From an uncultured Pseudomonadales bacterium (GTDB lineage Bacteria; Pseudomonadota; Gammaproteobacteria; Pseudomonadales; UBA7434), in the NCBI GenBank assembly GCA_964504585.1, contig CAZDEW010000003.1:13960-77959 (forward strand): 64,000 nt of DNA, given 5' to 3'. The position numbers and the translations under genes are program-made. The notes below the pieces were generated by a model. That model ran no database searches. It was given only the letters and a program-made list of their open reading frames with translations, and was not told the DNA's origin. This document shows positions 1 through 12,300 of the stretch, piece after piece. Position 1 is the stretch's first letter. Each line of letters begins with the position of its first letter.

Positions 1-1037
1 AAAGTCGCGCTGAAGGTATGTGTACTCCCGGGTTCAACGGTGTGGTCCGCGCCTATAAAGCCGATGACGTTGATGCCTTTCTGTTGGAATTGCCGTTGGC
101 GCGTGTAGATTGTTTGTGCGGTATCTTGATTCGGAATCCAGGCACTCACAAAGTAGTGCTGGATCATTGCTATCCAGCTACCGCCTTCGACGCGTTGTTC
201 GTAGTTTTCCTTGGCGATATCACGCAGTGATATCTTTTCGTATGGTGTATCAGGCGTGGTAGTCGCGACACCAAGGAATGGGCGCATGCCCATGGGTGCA
301 TCGTCAGAACCCGGGTCTTCACTATTATCTCTGACGATCTCACCGTGGTATCTACCATACCAGGGTTCCTGACCTCTATTCGCTATCGTAATTTCAGATT
401 GGATAACGTAGTCATTTGCTGGGAAACGGTATCGCTTTGTTATTTTATTTCCCTTTGCATCAATGGCAGAAAGCGTGAGAGAAGCCCCTTCTTGACCGGT
501 AAAATCGTAGCTGCTGTCAGTGCTTTTGAATAGGAGGTTTTCGGTGCGGGTTCTATCTCTATATACCAGTCCATCAATAGCCGTGTAATACCGGTTGCTA
601 GAGCTTTCCAGTAGTTTTAAAGGAACGCCGGTGTCAGCTTGTTCCGTCAGGTGGTCAAGCATCTCCACTTGCTCGATGCGCCCGCCTCTGGGGTTGATTT
701 TAATAATCAGTTTGTCGGTGGTAACAGAGATGATGGCGGCACTAATCGCTTGCTGATCCGGCGCTGTGGCTTTATCTGAGGTAGCTAAATCTAACGGAAG
801 GTCGTCACTGCCGGATGGTACAGTCGCGCTGTCGTCGCCAGTGATACCGCTTGGGATATTCGTGCCATGTTTAGCGTCGAGATCATGCAAATTAGACGAT
901 GATTGTTGGCTTTGTTCTAGCCGTTTGTCATAGGCGCTTGAGAAAGCCGTCCATTCTCTCAGCAGGAGAAATATCAAGGTCGCGATCAACGCAAAAAGCG
1001 CGTATCGCTGAACAGTGTACTTAACGTTGTGATCCAT
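1..1037 (-). CDS. yidC: membrane protein insertase YidC (N-terminal part; 3' end runs off the window)
   Basis: Absent from ORF track because it is open at the window edge. Hand translation from ATG at 1037 gives MDHNVKYTVQRYALFALIATLIFLLLREWTAFSSAYDKRLEQ..., a TM anchor followed by a long periplasmic domain. Conserved rpmH-rnpA-yidD-yidC order. Confidence 0.8.
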   Translation of the reverse strand, partial: MDHNVKYTVQRYALFALIATLIFLLLREWTAFSSAYDKRLEQSQQSSSNLHDLDAKHGTNIPSGITGDDSATVPSGSDDLPLDLATSDKATAPDQQAISAAIISVTTDKLIIKINPRGGRIEQVEMLDHLTEQADTGVPLKLLESSSNRYYTAIDGLVYRDRTRTENLLFKSTDSSYDFTGQEGASLTLSAIDAKGNKITKRYRFPANDYVIQSEITIANRGQEPWYGRYHGEIVRDNSEDPGSDDAPMGMRPFLGVATTTPDTPYEKISLRDIAKENYEQRVEGGSWIAMIQHYFVSAWIPNQDTAQTIYTRQRQFQQKGINVIGFIGADHTVEPGSTHTFSAT

Positions 1038-1065
1038 ATTTACTTTGTTTGGAGGTTAGTCAGTT

Positions 1066-1356
1066 TCAATGAGAGCTTTCGGTATTCGCACAGTCCGGTG
1101 AATCACAGGCTGGAGGGTAGTCTATACCGCCAGGGTGGCCAGGGTGGCAGCGTCCAATACGTTTGATTGCCAACCATGATCCGCGAATAACGCCGTGCTG
1201 TTTTAATGCCATGGAAGCGTAGTGGGAGCAGCTCGGGTAGAAACGGCAGCGCTGTCCCAAAAAAGGGCTTATCAGGAGCTGATAACATTTAATGATCGAC
1301 AACAGGATCCAGGCGGCCGATTTTTCAACAAAAAGCCTTATCGTTTCGATGTTCAT
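1066..1356 (-). CDS. yidD: membrane protein insertion efficiency factor YidD
   Basis: 96-aa ORF with the YidD signature ...YQLLISPFLGQRCRFYPSCSHYASMALKQHGVIRGSWLAIKRIGRCHPGHPGG. Lies between rnpA and yidC. Confidence 0.85.
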   Translation of the reverse strand: MNIETIRLFVEKSAAWILLSIIKCYQLLISPFLGQRCRFYPSCSHYASMALKQHGVIRGSWLAIKRIGRCHPGHPGGIDYPPACDSPDCANTESSH

Positions 1357-1413
1357 GCTAGGTACAAGGACAGTTCGGCAGTGCTTTCATTGCAAAATGA
1401 ATTTGAATCGAGA

Positions 1414-1797
1414 TTATTGCTTGCAGGCCTTGGCCAGAATCTTATTCCACTGTGTTTCCAGAGCGCGGAGTATATCTGCGTTTGATTGATCCCTAGACGC
1501 AGCTTTTGCCAAAACAATTACATCGATGGTTTGTTCTTGAATGCGAGCCAGCTCCTGTGATTGCTGGCAGTGACGAAACGATTCTCTTATAAGCCGTTTA
1601 ACGCGATTTCGCGAGACGGCGAGAGGAAGGTTCCTTTTAGAAGCAATAATGCCTAATCGATGATTTTTGCTGTCGTTACTTCTGGCAAGAAAGGTAAATA
1701 ACGAACCTCCTTGTTTGTAATCGACCTTATCGAAAACGCGCTGATAGTCGGCGGACGTTAACAGCCTAAGACGTTTGGGGTAGGAGTCGGCGGGCAT
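1414..1797 (-). CDS. rnpA: ribonuclease P protein component
   Basis: 127-aa basic ORF (KRLRLLTSADYQRVF...RNRVKRLIRESFR) directly downstream of rpmH. Confidence 0.85.
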   Translation of the reverse strand: MPADSYPKRLRLLTSADYQRVFDKVDYKQGGSLFTFLARSNDSKNHRLGIIASKRNLPLAVSRNRVKRLIRESFRHCQQSQELARIQEQTIDVIVLAKAASRDQSNADILRALETQWNKILAKACKQ

Positions 1798-1879
1798 TTA
1801 GAGGCGCCGCGGCGGGCAAGAAGTGGTGGTGGTGGACTCAAGCGAGGTTGGCGCAGCTTGAGTTTTTCACCTCAGGCCT

Positions 1880-2014
1880 TTAGGCGCTTAAACGCTTACG
1901 CCCCTTTGCGCGACGCCGGTTGATCAGTTGCCGACCGCTTTTCGTTGCCATTCGAGCTCTAAAGCCGTGAGTTCTTTTGCGTTTGAGGTTGCTGGGCTGG
2001 AAAGTTCTTTTCAT
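1880..2014 (-). CDS. rpmH: 50S ribosomal protein L34
   Basis: Below the ORF-track length cutoff. Hand translation gives [44 protein letters not shown] (44 aa), canonical L34. Confidence 0.92.
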   Translation of the reverse strand: MKRTFQPSNLKRKRTHGFRARMATKSGRQLINRRRAKGRKRLSA

Positions 2015-2277
2015 GGTTTACACACGTAGTAAAAGCTTGTTACTCGAAACACTTTTTGCATGCCATTATTTGCACGCCCTGAACTGGCGGTTCGGTTTGA
2101 ACTAAAGCTGCCAGTAGCTCACAGTGTTCCGCGGGCGCGCGATTCTACGCCTTATAAATACAAGAAGCAACAATGGCGCACCATCTTTGAGTGGCTCTAT
2201 CCATAGTGGTTGCCAATGATGGCGGGTTCTCTCATTGAAAGTCGGTGGTGGGCGTAATACAGAACGACGGTTTAGTT

Positions 2278-2286
2278 TGTGGATAA
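2278..2286 (-). promoter_or_regulatory. DnaA box, perfect consensus (TGTGGATAA = TTATCCACA on the other strand)
   Basis: Exact 9-mer read in the sequence. Confidence 0.7.
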
Positions 2287-2396
2287 TGTCGTCTACCGGG
2301 GTTGCAACTGGAGTTTTACTCCTTTTTCTGTGTTTTGGGGTAAGTGATGACTTACTTAACGCTGGTAATTTGCTGGGTGAGATCCAGGTTAACAAG

Positions 2397-2405
2397 ATAT
2401 CCACA
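2397..2405 (+). promoter_or_regulatory. DnaA box, 8/9 match (ATATCCACA)
   Basis: Read in the sequence at the left edge of the AT-rich block. Confidence 0.55.
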
Positions 2406-2558
2406 GAAAAAACACATGTTAATAAGTATATGAATTAAATTTTAAGGGAATTGTTACGGCTCACACAAAGGATAATAAAAAAACTATAAATAACTGAAAT
2501 ATATAAATAAAAATAGTTTTTCGATAAGGCGGAAGCTTTTTTATTTTCTTCTTCAGGC

Positions 2559-2567
2559 TGTGGATAA
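2559..2567 (-). promoter_or_regulatory. DnaA box, perfect consensus (TGTGGATAA)
   Basis: Exact 9-mer at the right edge of the AT-rich block. Confidence 0.7.
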
Positions 2568-2795
2568 AACCCGCTGGTTTGGCTATGATACGCGCCCGAT
2601 GACGAAAACGCTCCCTGAGTTTTAGGCTGAGATGGTTGGGTGATTTTAGACCAGCATTCAAGCTCAAAAAGCCTAAAGTTACTCAATTGCCACCTTCAGG
2701 ATCGATAAACCCACGGTATTGTTATTGGGTGGAAGCGTGCCCCGCATCGGCGATAAAAAATTTATAAATAGACAAGCTTTTAGTAGGGATTCCTG

Positions 2796-4454
2796 GTGCA
2801 ACCGCCGATTTCGTCCACAAAAAACCCGCTTCACGCCAATACTAAGAATTGTACCGAGACAAGTGCCGAGATAATTTGGAGCCGCTGCTGCGACATTCTC
2901 GCCAGTGAATTGCCGAGCCAGCAGTTTAATACCTGGATAAAAGTGCTCCAGCCTGTGCCGAACGACGTGGGTACAGGTGACGCCGGCAGAGAAGAGCTGG
3001 TTCTGGTGGCGCCCAACCGATTTATAAAGGATTGGGTGGAGAGCAAGTACCTGCCCCAGTTGGAGCGCACTTTAAAACTCTATTGTACTGGGAGTGGGAT
3101 CTCGACGGTTCGTCTGCAATTGGATACAGAGATGGCCTCTTTTGCTGTCGAATCAACGCCGCGCGATAGCGGCCCTGTTCCGTTACTGGTGAACGATAGC
3201 GCGATGACGCGGCGCCTCGAAGAAACCCGCGAGAGCCAAAGTGGCCGGTTAGATCAACTTGGTCCTGTTACTGACATACCTGATGAGATAGCCCCACAGC
3301 TGTCGTTTGGACCAGAAGATACCTTTTCGGGGGGCGAATCAGCTCAAGCGCGCGCGACAGAGGCATTTCAGTCTGCTTCGGTAGTGCCTTCCTCGCCCAG
3401 ACGTACGCAGGATAACGAAGTCTCGCAGATTCATCAGCACAATATTCTGTCCCGGTATCGCTTTGACAACTTCGTTGAGGGTAAATCCAATCAACTGGCC
3501 AGAGCGGCCGCGATCCAGGTCGTCGAAAACCCCAGTGGCTCTTACAACCCGCTATTCCTATACGGCGGTGTGGGTTTGGGTAAAACGCACTTGATGCATG
3601 CCGTCGGTAATGAAATAAAACGACGAAACCCAGGCGCCAACGTTGTCTACCTCCACTCCGAGAGGTTCGTTGGGGATATGGTTAAGGCCTTGCAGCTCAA
3701 TGCGATTAACGATTTCAAGCGCTACTACCGCTCGGTGGATGCGCTGTTGATCGATGATATCCAGTTCTTTGCGAACAAAGAGCGGTCACAGGAAGAGTTT
3801 TTCCATACGTTTAACGCCTTGCTGGAAGGTGGTCAGCAAATGATTTTCAGTTGTGATCGCTATCCAAAATCCATCACTGGGGTGGAAGAACGATTAAAGT
3901 CTCGATTCGGCTGGGGTTTGACCGTTCATATAGAGGCGCCAGAACTGGAAACGCGAGTCGCAATCTTAAAGCGGAAAGCGGAGCAGGAGGGCATTGCCAT
4001 ACCTGATGAATCTGCGTTTTTCCTTGCTGGAAAGGTGCGCGCAAACGTTAGGGAGCTAGAAGGTGCGCTGAAACGAGTCAACGCCAATGCTGAATTCCTA
4101 AAGGCGCCAATAACAGTTGATCTGATAAAGGATTCGTTGAAGGATCTGCTTGCCCTACAAGATAAAATGGTCACGATTGACAACATCCAAAGAACGGCCG
4201 CAGAGTATTTCAAAATAAAAATCGCGGACCTGCACTCTAAGCGGCGAAATCGCTCGGTCGCGCGGCCCCGCCAAGTTGCCATGGCTCTGGCAAAGGAGTT
4301 GACACAGCACAGCTTGCCCGAGATTGGCGACGCCTTTGGGGGGAGAGACCACACCACGGTGTTACATGCCTGTAAAAAGGTTAAAGAGCTCCGAGAGACG
4401 AATGCTGATGTGAGCGAAGATTATCATAATTTGATCAGACAGCTTTCAACCTGA
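2796..4454 (+). CDS. dnaA: chromosomal replication initiator protein DnaA
   Basis: 552-aa ORF. N-terminal [18 protein letters not shown]+ Walker [14 protein letters not shown], and C-terminal DNA-binding helix region ([18 protein letters not shown]...[11 protein letters not shown]). GTG at 2796 is the only in-frame start after upstream stops, with AGGGA 8 nt upstream. Confidence 0.95.
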   Translation: MQPPISSTKNPLHANTKNCTETSAEIIWSRCCDILASELPSQQFNTWIKVLQPVPNDVGTGDAGREELVLVAPNRFIKDWVESKYLPQLERTLKLYCTGSGISTVRLQLDTEMASFAVESTPRDSGPVPLLVNDSAMTRRLEETRESQSGRLDQLGPVTDIPDEIAPQLSFGPEDTFSGGESAQARATEAFQSASVVPSSPRRTQDNEVSQIHQHNILSRYRFDNFVEGKSNQLARAAAIQVVENPSGSYNPLFLYGGVGLGKTHLMHAVGNEIKRRNPGANVVYLHSERFVGDMVKALQLNAINDFKRYYRSVDALLIDDIQFFANKERSQEEFFHTFNALLEGGQQMIFSCDRYPKSITGVEERLKSRFGWGLTVHIEAPELETRVAILKRKAEQEGIAIPDESAFFLAGKVRANVRELEGALKRVNANAEFLKAPITVDLIKDSLKDLLALQDKMVTIDNIQRTAAEYFKIKIADLHSKRRNRSVARPRQVAMALAKELTQHSLPEIGDAFGGRDHTTVLHACKKVKELRETNADVSEDYHNLIRQLST

Positions 4455-4659
4455 TTATCCAGTCGTCTAAGACGTCTTTTCAATACACCGAAACTTTTCG
4501 AGTGCCGCTGTTTCAGCCCTATTTTTGCAGTAGTTTGTTCGTTGGGAAATTAGTTATACTCGCTTCAGTTTTAACTGATCTCACACAGTTAGCTGGTCCA
4601 GTTTCAACAAGGCCGAACTAGCTGTTGCCCGGTCGTCAAATTTCAGGAATACATCAATA

Positions 4660-5769
4660 ATGAAGTTTACGGTTTCTCGAGAAGCCCTGTTACAACCGCT
4701 ATCTTTGGTCGCTGGCGCAGTAGAGCGCCGGCAGACAATGCCGGTGCTGTCTAACATTTTATGTAAGGTCGAAGACGGCGTGTTGCTTATTACAGGAACC
4801 GATCTCGAAGTAGAGCTCAGCGCTAGTATCGATATTAATGACGCAACGGATGGTGCGATTACCGTGCCTGCGAGGAAGCTGCTGGATATTTGCAAGAGCT
4901 TACCCGAGCAATCTAATCTGCGTTTCTCCCTGAGTAGCGGCAAGGTTGTGATCAACGCGGGCAAAAGTCGATTTAGCCTTGCCACGCTACCAGCAGAAGA
5001 ATTCCCTGCCGTTCAGCGAGACGAAAGCAGCTTGACGGTTGAGCTGTCACAGAAAGACATACTTAGCCTGATACAGCGTACATCTTTTTCAATGGCACAG
5101 CAGGATGTGCGTTACTACCTCAATGGTATGCTCTGGGAAATAGATGACTCGCTGCTGCGAACTGTTGCCACAGACGGCCATAGGCTGGCCGTAACACACG
5201 CGGAAATAAAGGCCGGTGGCGGTAGTAAGCGCCAACTTATCCTTCCCAGAAAAGGAGTGCTTGAGCTAGCGCGCCTTATCGGTGGGGGTGATGCAAGTGA
5301 AATGATATCGGTAGAGTTCGGCTCTAATCATGTTCGTGTCGAAACCGGTCAAATGCTGTTTATTTCTAAATTGGTTGATGGCAAGTTTCCCGATTACGAA
5401 CGAGTGCTTCCGAAGGGTGGCGATAAGATTGTCAAAGCGGATCGGGCGGAACTGAAAGCAGCTTTACAGAGGGCCGCAATTCTTTCAAATGAGAAGTACC
5501 GCGGAGTGCGCTTTATCGTTTCCTCTGGCTTGATCAGCATACAGGCCAATAACCCCGAGCAAGAAGAGGCTAATGAAGAGGTTGTAGTCGACTACGATGG
5601 CCCGGAGCTTGAAATGGGGTTTAATGTTAACTATCTCATTGATGTGCTCGGTGTCCTCGAGACGGAGGGCACTTGCATTACGCTTTCTGATACCAGCAGC
5701 AGTGCGTTAGTTCAGGACGGTGATATGTCCCAGGACTCGCTTTACGTTGTTATGCCAATGCGCTTGTAG
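4660..5769 (+). CDS. dnaN: DNA polymerase III beta sliding clamp
   Basis: 369 aa, MKFTVSREALLQPLSLVAGAVERRQTMPVLSNIL... ending VVMPMRL. dnaA-dnaN-recF-gyrB synteny. Confidence 0.95.
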   Translation: MKFTVSREALLQPLSLVAGAVERRQTMPVLSNILCKVEDGVLLITGTDLEVELSASIDINDATDGAITVPARKLLDICKSLPEQSNLRFSLSSGKVVINAGKSRFSLATLPAEEFPAVQRDESSLTVELSQKDILSLIQRTSFSMAQQDVRYYLNGMLWEIDDSLLRTVATDGHRLAVTHAEIKAGGGSKRQLILPRKGVLELARLIGGGDASEMISVEFGSNHVRVETGQMLFISKLVDGKFPDYERVLPKGGDKIVKADRAELKAALQRAAILSNEKYRGVRFIVSSGLISIQANNPEQEEANEEVVVDYDGPELEMGFNVNYLIDVLGVLETEGTCITLSDTSSSALVQDGDMSQDSLYVVMPMRL

Positions 5770-5976
5770 ATCGGGGCTGGCGCTAGTTCTTGCTGGAAAT
5801 GCAGTGCCCACCCGGGGCTTTACACAAATGGGCAAAGCGCTCGTCAGCTAGTTTGCCTCCTGAAAAAGGGGGGGCTTCTCTCCTCTCCTCTCCGCTCTTA
5901 TGGCTGATCTCGGACCCCATCAGAAGTCGAATCTAAGAAAACCCTCTCCTTTTGCCGCCTTCGTTTTAACTCGTAT

Positions 5977-7182
5977 TTGTTTCACGTGAAACTTCTTAAG
6001 CTAGAGATTAAAGATATCAGAAATATTCGTACCGGCCATTTGGATGGCCTGATGGATGCCAATCTGATATTCGGAGAGAACGGTGCGGGAAAGACGTCGA
6101 TTCTAGAAGCGATCTTCTTTCTCGGCATGGCCAGATCGTTTCGATCATCCAAAATAAAGCCTTTTATTAACAACTCGTCCTCATCGTGTCGAGTTTACGC
6201 TGAATTTGTCGATGAACTTGGTCAGCCTCACCGAGCGGGAATTGAGCGAGGTCTTCGTGGCGGCTTCGCGATTAAAGTTGATGGCGCGCAGGTTTCGGCG
6301 GCATCAGAATTGGCAAGAATTTTCCCCGTGCAGCTTATCAATGCACAGTCGTTTGTTTTATTGGAAGGCAGCGCCAGAGAGCGCCGTAAGTTACTCGACT
6401 GGGGCGTGTTTCACGTGGAACCAGGATTTTTGGACGCCTGGCGACGGGTTCGTCGAGCACTTACCCAGCGAAACGGGTTGCTCAAGGAGGCGAAAAGGCG
6501 CCGTTTAATCGCGCCGGGTGCTAATTATGAGGCGCTTGTTGAACAAATTAGGCCGTGGGACCTGGAAATTGCTAAAAGCTCTGTGTTTATTGGGCGATCG
6601 CGCGAGCTTTATTTTGAGCGATTCGCCCGGTCATTTGAGCTGAGATTTGCAGAGTTGAGTCAGGGTAATTGTCCCGACGTCAAAATGGCATTGCTTAGCG
6701 GTTGGCCCGAGCAGGCGGTAAATGTCAGTGAGTTAGCCGCAGATGTTGAAAGTGGGGAGCAGTCCGCTATCAACGCTTATCTCGAAGCCTTGAGCGGCAA
6801 TTTACCCACAGACATCAAGCGCGGCACAACTTCGGTTGGCCCCCATAGAGCTGATGTATCTATTAGCGTCGATGGCGCGAAGGCGGGTGATATTCTCTCT
6901 CGAGGACAGCAGAAGCTTGTGGTGATTGCACTTAAGCTGGCACAGTGTTCACTTTTTATTGAAGATACGGGCCGAAAGCCCGTGCTATTGGCTGATGATT
7001 TGCCAGCAGAGGTTGATCGCAAGCATCAGGAAATACTGCTGACATCGTTAAGCAGGTTTGGAATGCAGTGCTTTTTCACCGCTCTTGAAGGCGATTTGCT
7101 GGGCCTGAGCGAGTGGCCACAAACCGATAGATGTGTGTTCCACGTGGAACAAGGTTCTATACAGGGGCTTTCGGTTTCTTAG
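5977..7182 (+). CDS. recF: DNA replication/repair protein RecF
   Basis: Walker A GENGAGKTSILEAI, typical RecF N-terminus (LKLEIKDIRNI). Start uncertain: TTG at 5977 or GTG at 5986, neither with a clear RBS. Confidence 0.9.
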   Translation: MFHVKLLKLEIKDIRNIRTGHLDGLMDANLIFGENGAGKTSILEAIFFLGMARSFRSSKIKPFINNSSSSCRVYAEFVDELGQPHRAGIERGLRGGFAIKVDGAQVSAASELARIFPVQLINAQSFVLLEGSARERRKLLDWGVFHVEPGFLDAWRRVRRALTQRNGLLKEAKRRRLIAPGANYEALVEQIRPWDLEIAKSSVFIGRSRELYFERFARSFELRFAELSQGNCPDVKMALLSGWPEQAVNVSELAADVESGEQSAINAYLEALSGNLPTDIKRGTTSVGPHRADVSISVDGAKAGDILSRGQQKLVVIALKLAQCSLFIEDTGRKPVLLADDLPAEVDRKHQEILLTSLSRFGMQCFFTALEGDLLGLSEWPQTDRCVFHVEQGSIQGLSVS

Positions 7183-7264
7183 CAGGGCTATTCGGCATCA
7201 TTATGTCGAATCTAGCTTTTATTACCCCTTTGTGCAGCGAGAGTACAACTACCCAACTTATATG

Positions 7265-7293
7265 TTGACGCGCGCGCGCGTGTTAAAGACAAT
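7265..7293 (+). promoter_or_regulatory. possible sigma70 promoter upstream of gyrB (TTGACG, 17 nt spacer, GACAAT)
   Basis: Hexamers read by eye. The spacer is largely an alternating CG tract. No experimental support. Confidence 0.25.
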
Positions 7294-7399
7294 AAAAGCG
7301 TTGCCAAACGATTGATTTTACAGCCATTTTTGGTTCACCGATCATCGCCTAGCGGGGGCGATCAAGGCCTCCATAAGTGTCAGAGTGAACAACTATTAA

Positions 7400-9886
<2,487 letters not shown>

Positions 9887-10067
9887 GCGTTAAAGCGCTG
9901 TAACATTTTAGTGTCACAACGAGCCGCTGCGGCTAAATCAAGTATAAGATAGCCGCTACCCTGACAGAGCTTGTGTTTGGCGGCCACTTCCCCATGAATG
10001 TTCTCGCCTTCCATGCCTAGAGGGACTAGAATCTTCGCGCGTATTTTTTCGAAAAACTGGTATTTCT

Positions 10068-12212
10068 ATGAGTGATCAGGTTGAGAAGACCCATTTTCGG
10101 GCATGCCACCTTTGCGAGGCTATCTGCGGGCTGGAAATAAAAACCCAGGGCGATCGTATTGTCTCTATAAAGGGCGATAAGGATGATCCCGTCAGCAAAG
10201 GTTTCATTTGTCCAAAGGCAACCGCGCTTGAGGATTTACACTTCGATCCCGATCGATTGCGCCAACCTGTGAAAAAAGTGGCTCGTGAAGGTGGTGAGAT
10301 TGAGTGGGTCGAAATCTCCTGGGATGAGGCCATTGAGGAAACAGCCACGAAGATCGTCGAAATCCAGAAACGACACGGCGACAATGCCGTTGGTTTCTAC
10401 GCCGGTAATCCGGGCGTGCATAACTACGGCAACCTGACCCACGGGTCGTTGCTACGCAGGGCGACGCGAACCAAGAATCACTTCTCTGCGACTTCTCTGG
10501 ATCAATTACCTCATCATCTGGCCGCGTACACTATGTACGGCCATCAGTTTTTTCTGCCCGTGCCAGACGTCGACAACACCGATTTCTTCCTTTTGATCGG
10601 CGGTAACCCGGTTGCCTCTAACAGCTCAATGATGACCATGCCTGACGCGCCTGGTCGTCTCAAAGCCATTCAGAAGCGGGGAGGACGATTCATCATTATC
10701 GATCCCCGTAAAACCGAGACAGCCAAAATTGCCAGCGAGCACCATTTCATTAAGCCTGGAACGGACATTTACCTTCTCTTATCGATTATCAACGTCCTTT
10801 TTACCAGAGATTTGATCTCAGCCGAGGCCTGGGTACAGAGCCTTGAAGGTCTGAATGTCTTGCGCGAGGCAGTCTCGCCTTTCACCACAACTCTGGCATC
10901 CGAGCGTACGGGCATCTCCGCTTCTGTCATTGAGAGTTTGGCCGCAGAGCTTGCGAAAACTGATAGAGCAGTCTGCCACGGAAGGATGGGTGTGTCTGTG
11001 CAGGAGCACGGCGCCCTTTGTCAGTGGGCTATTCAGGTTATTAACATACTGATCGGTGCACTCGATGCCGAGGGAGGAGCCAGACTGACCTCGCCGGCAT
11101 TTGCTTCTGTTCGGCCTGGTGCGAAAGGGGGGGGCCATTTCAACCGCTTTCAAAGCCGCGTTTCGGGCTTACCGGAATTTGCCGGTGAGTTTCCCGTCGT
11201 TTCACTAGCTGAAGAAATACTGACGCCAGGCGATGGGCAGATCAGAGCGATGATTACCATCGCTGGAAACCCGCTCGTTTCCAGTGCTAACGCCGGCGAG
11301 CTTGAGAAGGCTTTTGACTCCCTTGAATTCTATGTGGCTTTTGACTTCTATATCAACGCCACTACCTGTAAGGCAGACATCATTTTGCCGCCGACCAGCC
11401 CGCTTGAGCATGAACACTATGACATCGCTTTTCTCCGTCTAGCCGTTCGCAACAGCGCAAGGTTTAATCCAGCGATCTTTGAGCCTTCTCCTGAATCCTT
11501 ACACGATTGGGAGATCTACAATCGGCTTTCTGCCGCGATCGCGGAGCTGCGTGAAGAAGAGTTTAAGCCTCTACCTGATCCCGCGATAATGATTGAGCTT
11601 GGAATCAATAATGACATGCTGGGTGAATCAGAAAACCCCGGCCAAGGGTTGACGCTTGAAAAAATAAAACAATATCCGCATGGTATCGATTTGGGACCGC
11701 TGGAGTCTGGGCTCCTCGACAGGGTATGTCACGATGACGGCCGAATTAATCTGGTACCAGACCTCTATCTGGACGCTATCCCCAGTCTGCTTGACCACAA
11801 ACAAAACACAGCCTTGTCCGAAGATGAATTGTTACTAATAGGACGCCGACATGTGCGCAGTAACAATAGCTGGATGCATAACTACCACCGACTGGTAAAA
11901 GGTAAGCCTAGATGGCAGCTGCAAATGCACCCCGATGATCTCGAGTCTCTGTCGCTAAGCGATGGTGACGCTGTAACCGTAAGGTCGCGCGTTGGTGAGA
12001 TTACTACGGTTGTAGAATCCACGGATGAGATGATGCCCGGTGTCGTGAGCTTGCCACATGGCTGGGGTCACGATAAAGCTGGAGTACAAATGAGCATTGC
12101 GAGCAAGCAGAAAGGCGTAAATTGCAATGCCCTCACAGATGACAAGTTCTTCGACAAACTTTCAGGTAACGCCGCGCTCAATGGCGTACCCGTCACTATC
12201 TCTGCTGTTTAG
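10068..12212 (+). CDS. molybdopterin-dependent oxidoreductase family protein (catalytic subunit, substrate unknown)
   Basis: 714 aa. N-terminal 4Fe-4S cysteine cluster CHLCEAICG...C, molybdopterin oxidoreductase-like body, C-terminal MGD-binding barrel-like region. No partner subunits adjacent. Confidence 0.75.
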   Translation: MSDQVEKTHFRACHLCEAICGLEIKTQGDRIVSIKGDKDDPVSKGFICPKATALEDLHFDPDRLRQPVKKVAREGGEIEWVEISWDEAIEETATKIVEIQKRHGDNAVGFYAGNPGVHNYGNLTHGSLLRRATRTKNHFSATSLDQLPHHLAAYTMYGHQFFLPVPDVDNTDFFLLIGGNPVASNSSMMTMPDAPGRLKAIQKRGGRFIIIDPRKTETAKIASEHHFIKPGTDIYLLLSIINVLFTRDLISAEAWVQSLEGLNVLREAVSPFTTTLASERTGISASVIESLAAELAKTDRAVCHGRMGVSVQEHGALCQWAIQVINILIGALDAEGGARLTSPAFASVRPGAKGGGHFNRFQSRVSGLPEFAGEFPVVSLAEEILTPGDGQIRAMITIAGNPLVSSANAGELEKAFDSLEFYVAFDFYINATTCKADIILPPTSPLEHEHYDIAFLRLAVRNSARFNPAIFEPSPESLHDWEIYNRLSAAIAELREEEFKPLPDPAIMIELGINNDMLGESENPGQGLTLEKIKQYPHGIDLGPLESGLLDRVCHDDGRINLVPDLYLDAIPSLLDHKQNTALSEDELLLIGRRHVRSNNSWMHNYHRLVKGKPRWQLQMHPDDLESLSLSDGDAVTVRSRVGEITTVVESTDEMMPGVVSLPHGWGHDKAGVQMSIASKQKGVNCNALTDDKFFDKLSGNAALNGVPVTISAV

Positions 12213-12300
12213 GCTGGCTCCGATTAACTACAAATCATGTGATGGGTCGGCCAGTACATAGTGCCCTTACAAAACGGGGCTGACTAATCGCTTACGGTTC

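Larger units (their letters stand above)
2190..2600. other. candidate chromosomal replication origin (oriC) in the rpmH-dnaA intergenic region
   Basis: Two perfect DnaA boxes (TGTGGATAA at 2278 and 2559) and one 8/9 box (ATATCCACA at 2397) flank a very AT-rich stretch at about 2406..2555 (e.g. ggataataaaaaaactataaataactgaaatatataaataaaaatag). Same position as oriC in Pseudomonas-type genomes. Flanking genes diverge from this point. Confidence 0.65.

Noticed and set aside
18-533. Plus and minus short ORFs at the left edge (18..230, 170..358, 345..533).
   Set aside because: This region is covered by the minus-strand yidC reading frame, which translates cleanly to a YidC periplasmic domain.
2102-2686. 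ORFs 2102..2404, 2235..2438, 2435..2686 and 2461..2667 in the rpmH-dnaA gap.
   Set aside because: They lie in the AT-rich, DnaA-box-containing origin region, have low-complexity or odd composition, and lack an RBS or any recognisable family. Treated as non-coding oriC.
2796-2870. An N-terminal extension of about 23 aa and the long domain II linker of DnaA as something unusual.
   Set aside because: GTG at 2796 is the only available in-frame start, and DnaA domain II length is known to be highly variable. Not noteworthy without comparative data.
9887-10067. Possible Moco riboswitch upstream of the molybdopterin oxidoreductase gene.
   Set aside because: There is only a vague resemblance (cgccttcc versus the conserved GCCUCC element). 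I could not fold or align the conserved multi-stem architecture by eye. A covariance-model scan (Rfam RF01055) is needed before any claim.
12213-12300. LexA (SOS) boxes upstream of dinB, and likewise upstream of uvrD at 56220..56308.
   Set aside because: No CTGT-N8-ACAG-type palindrome is present in either upstream region.
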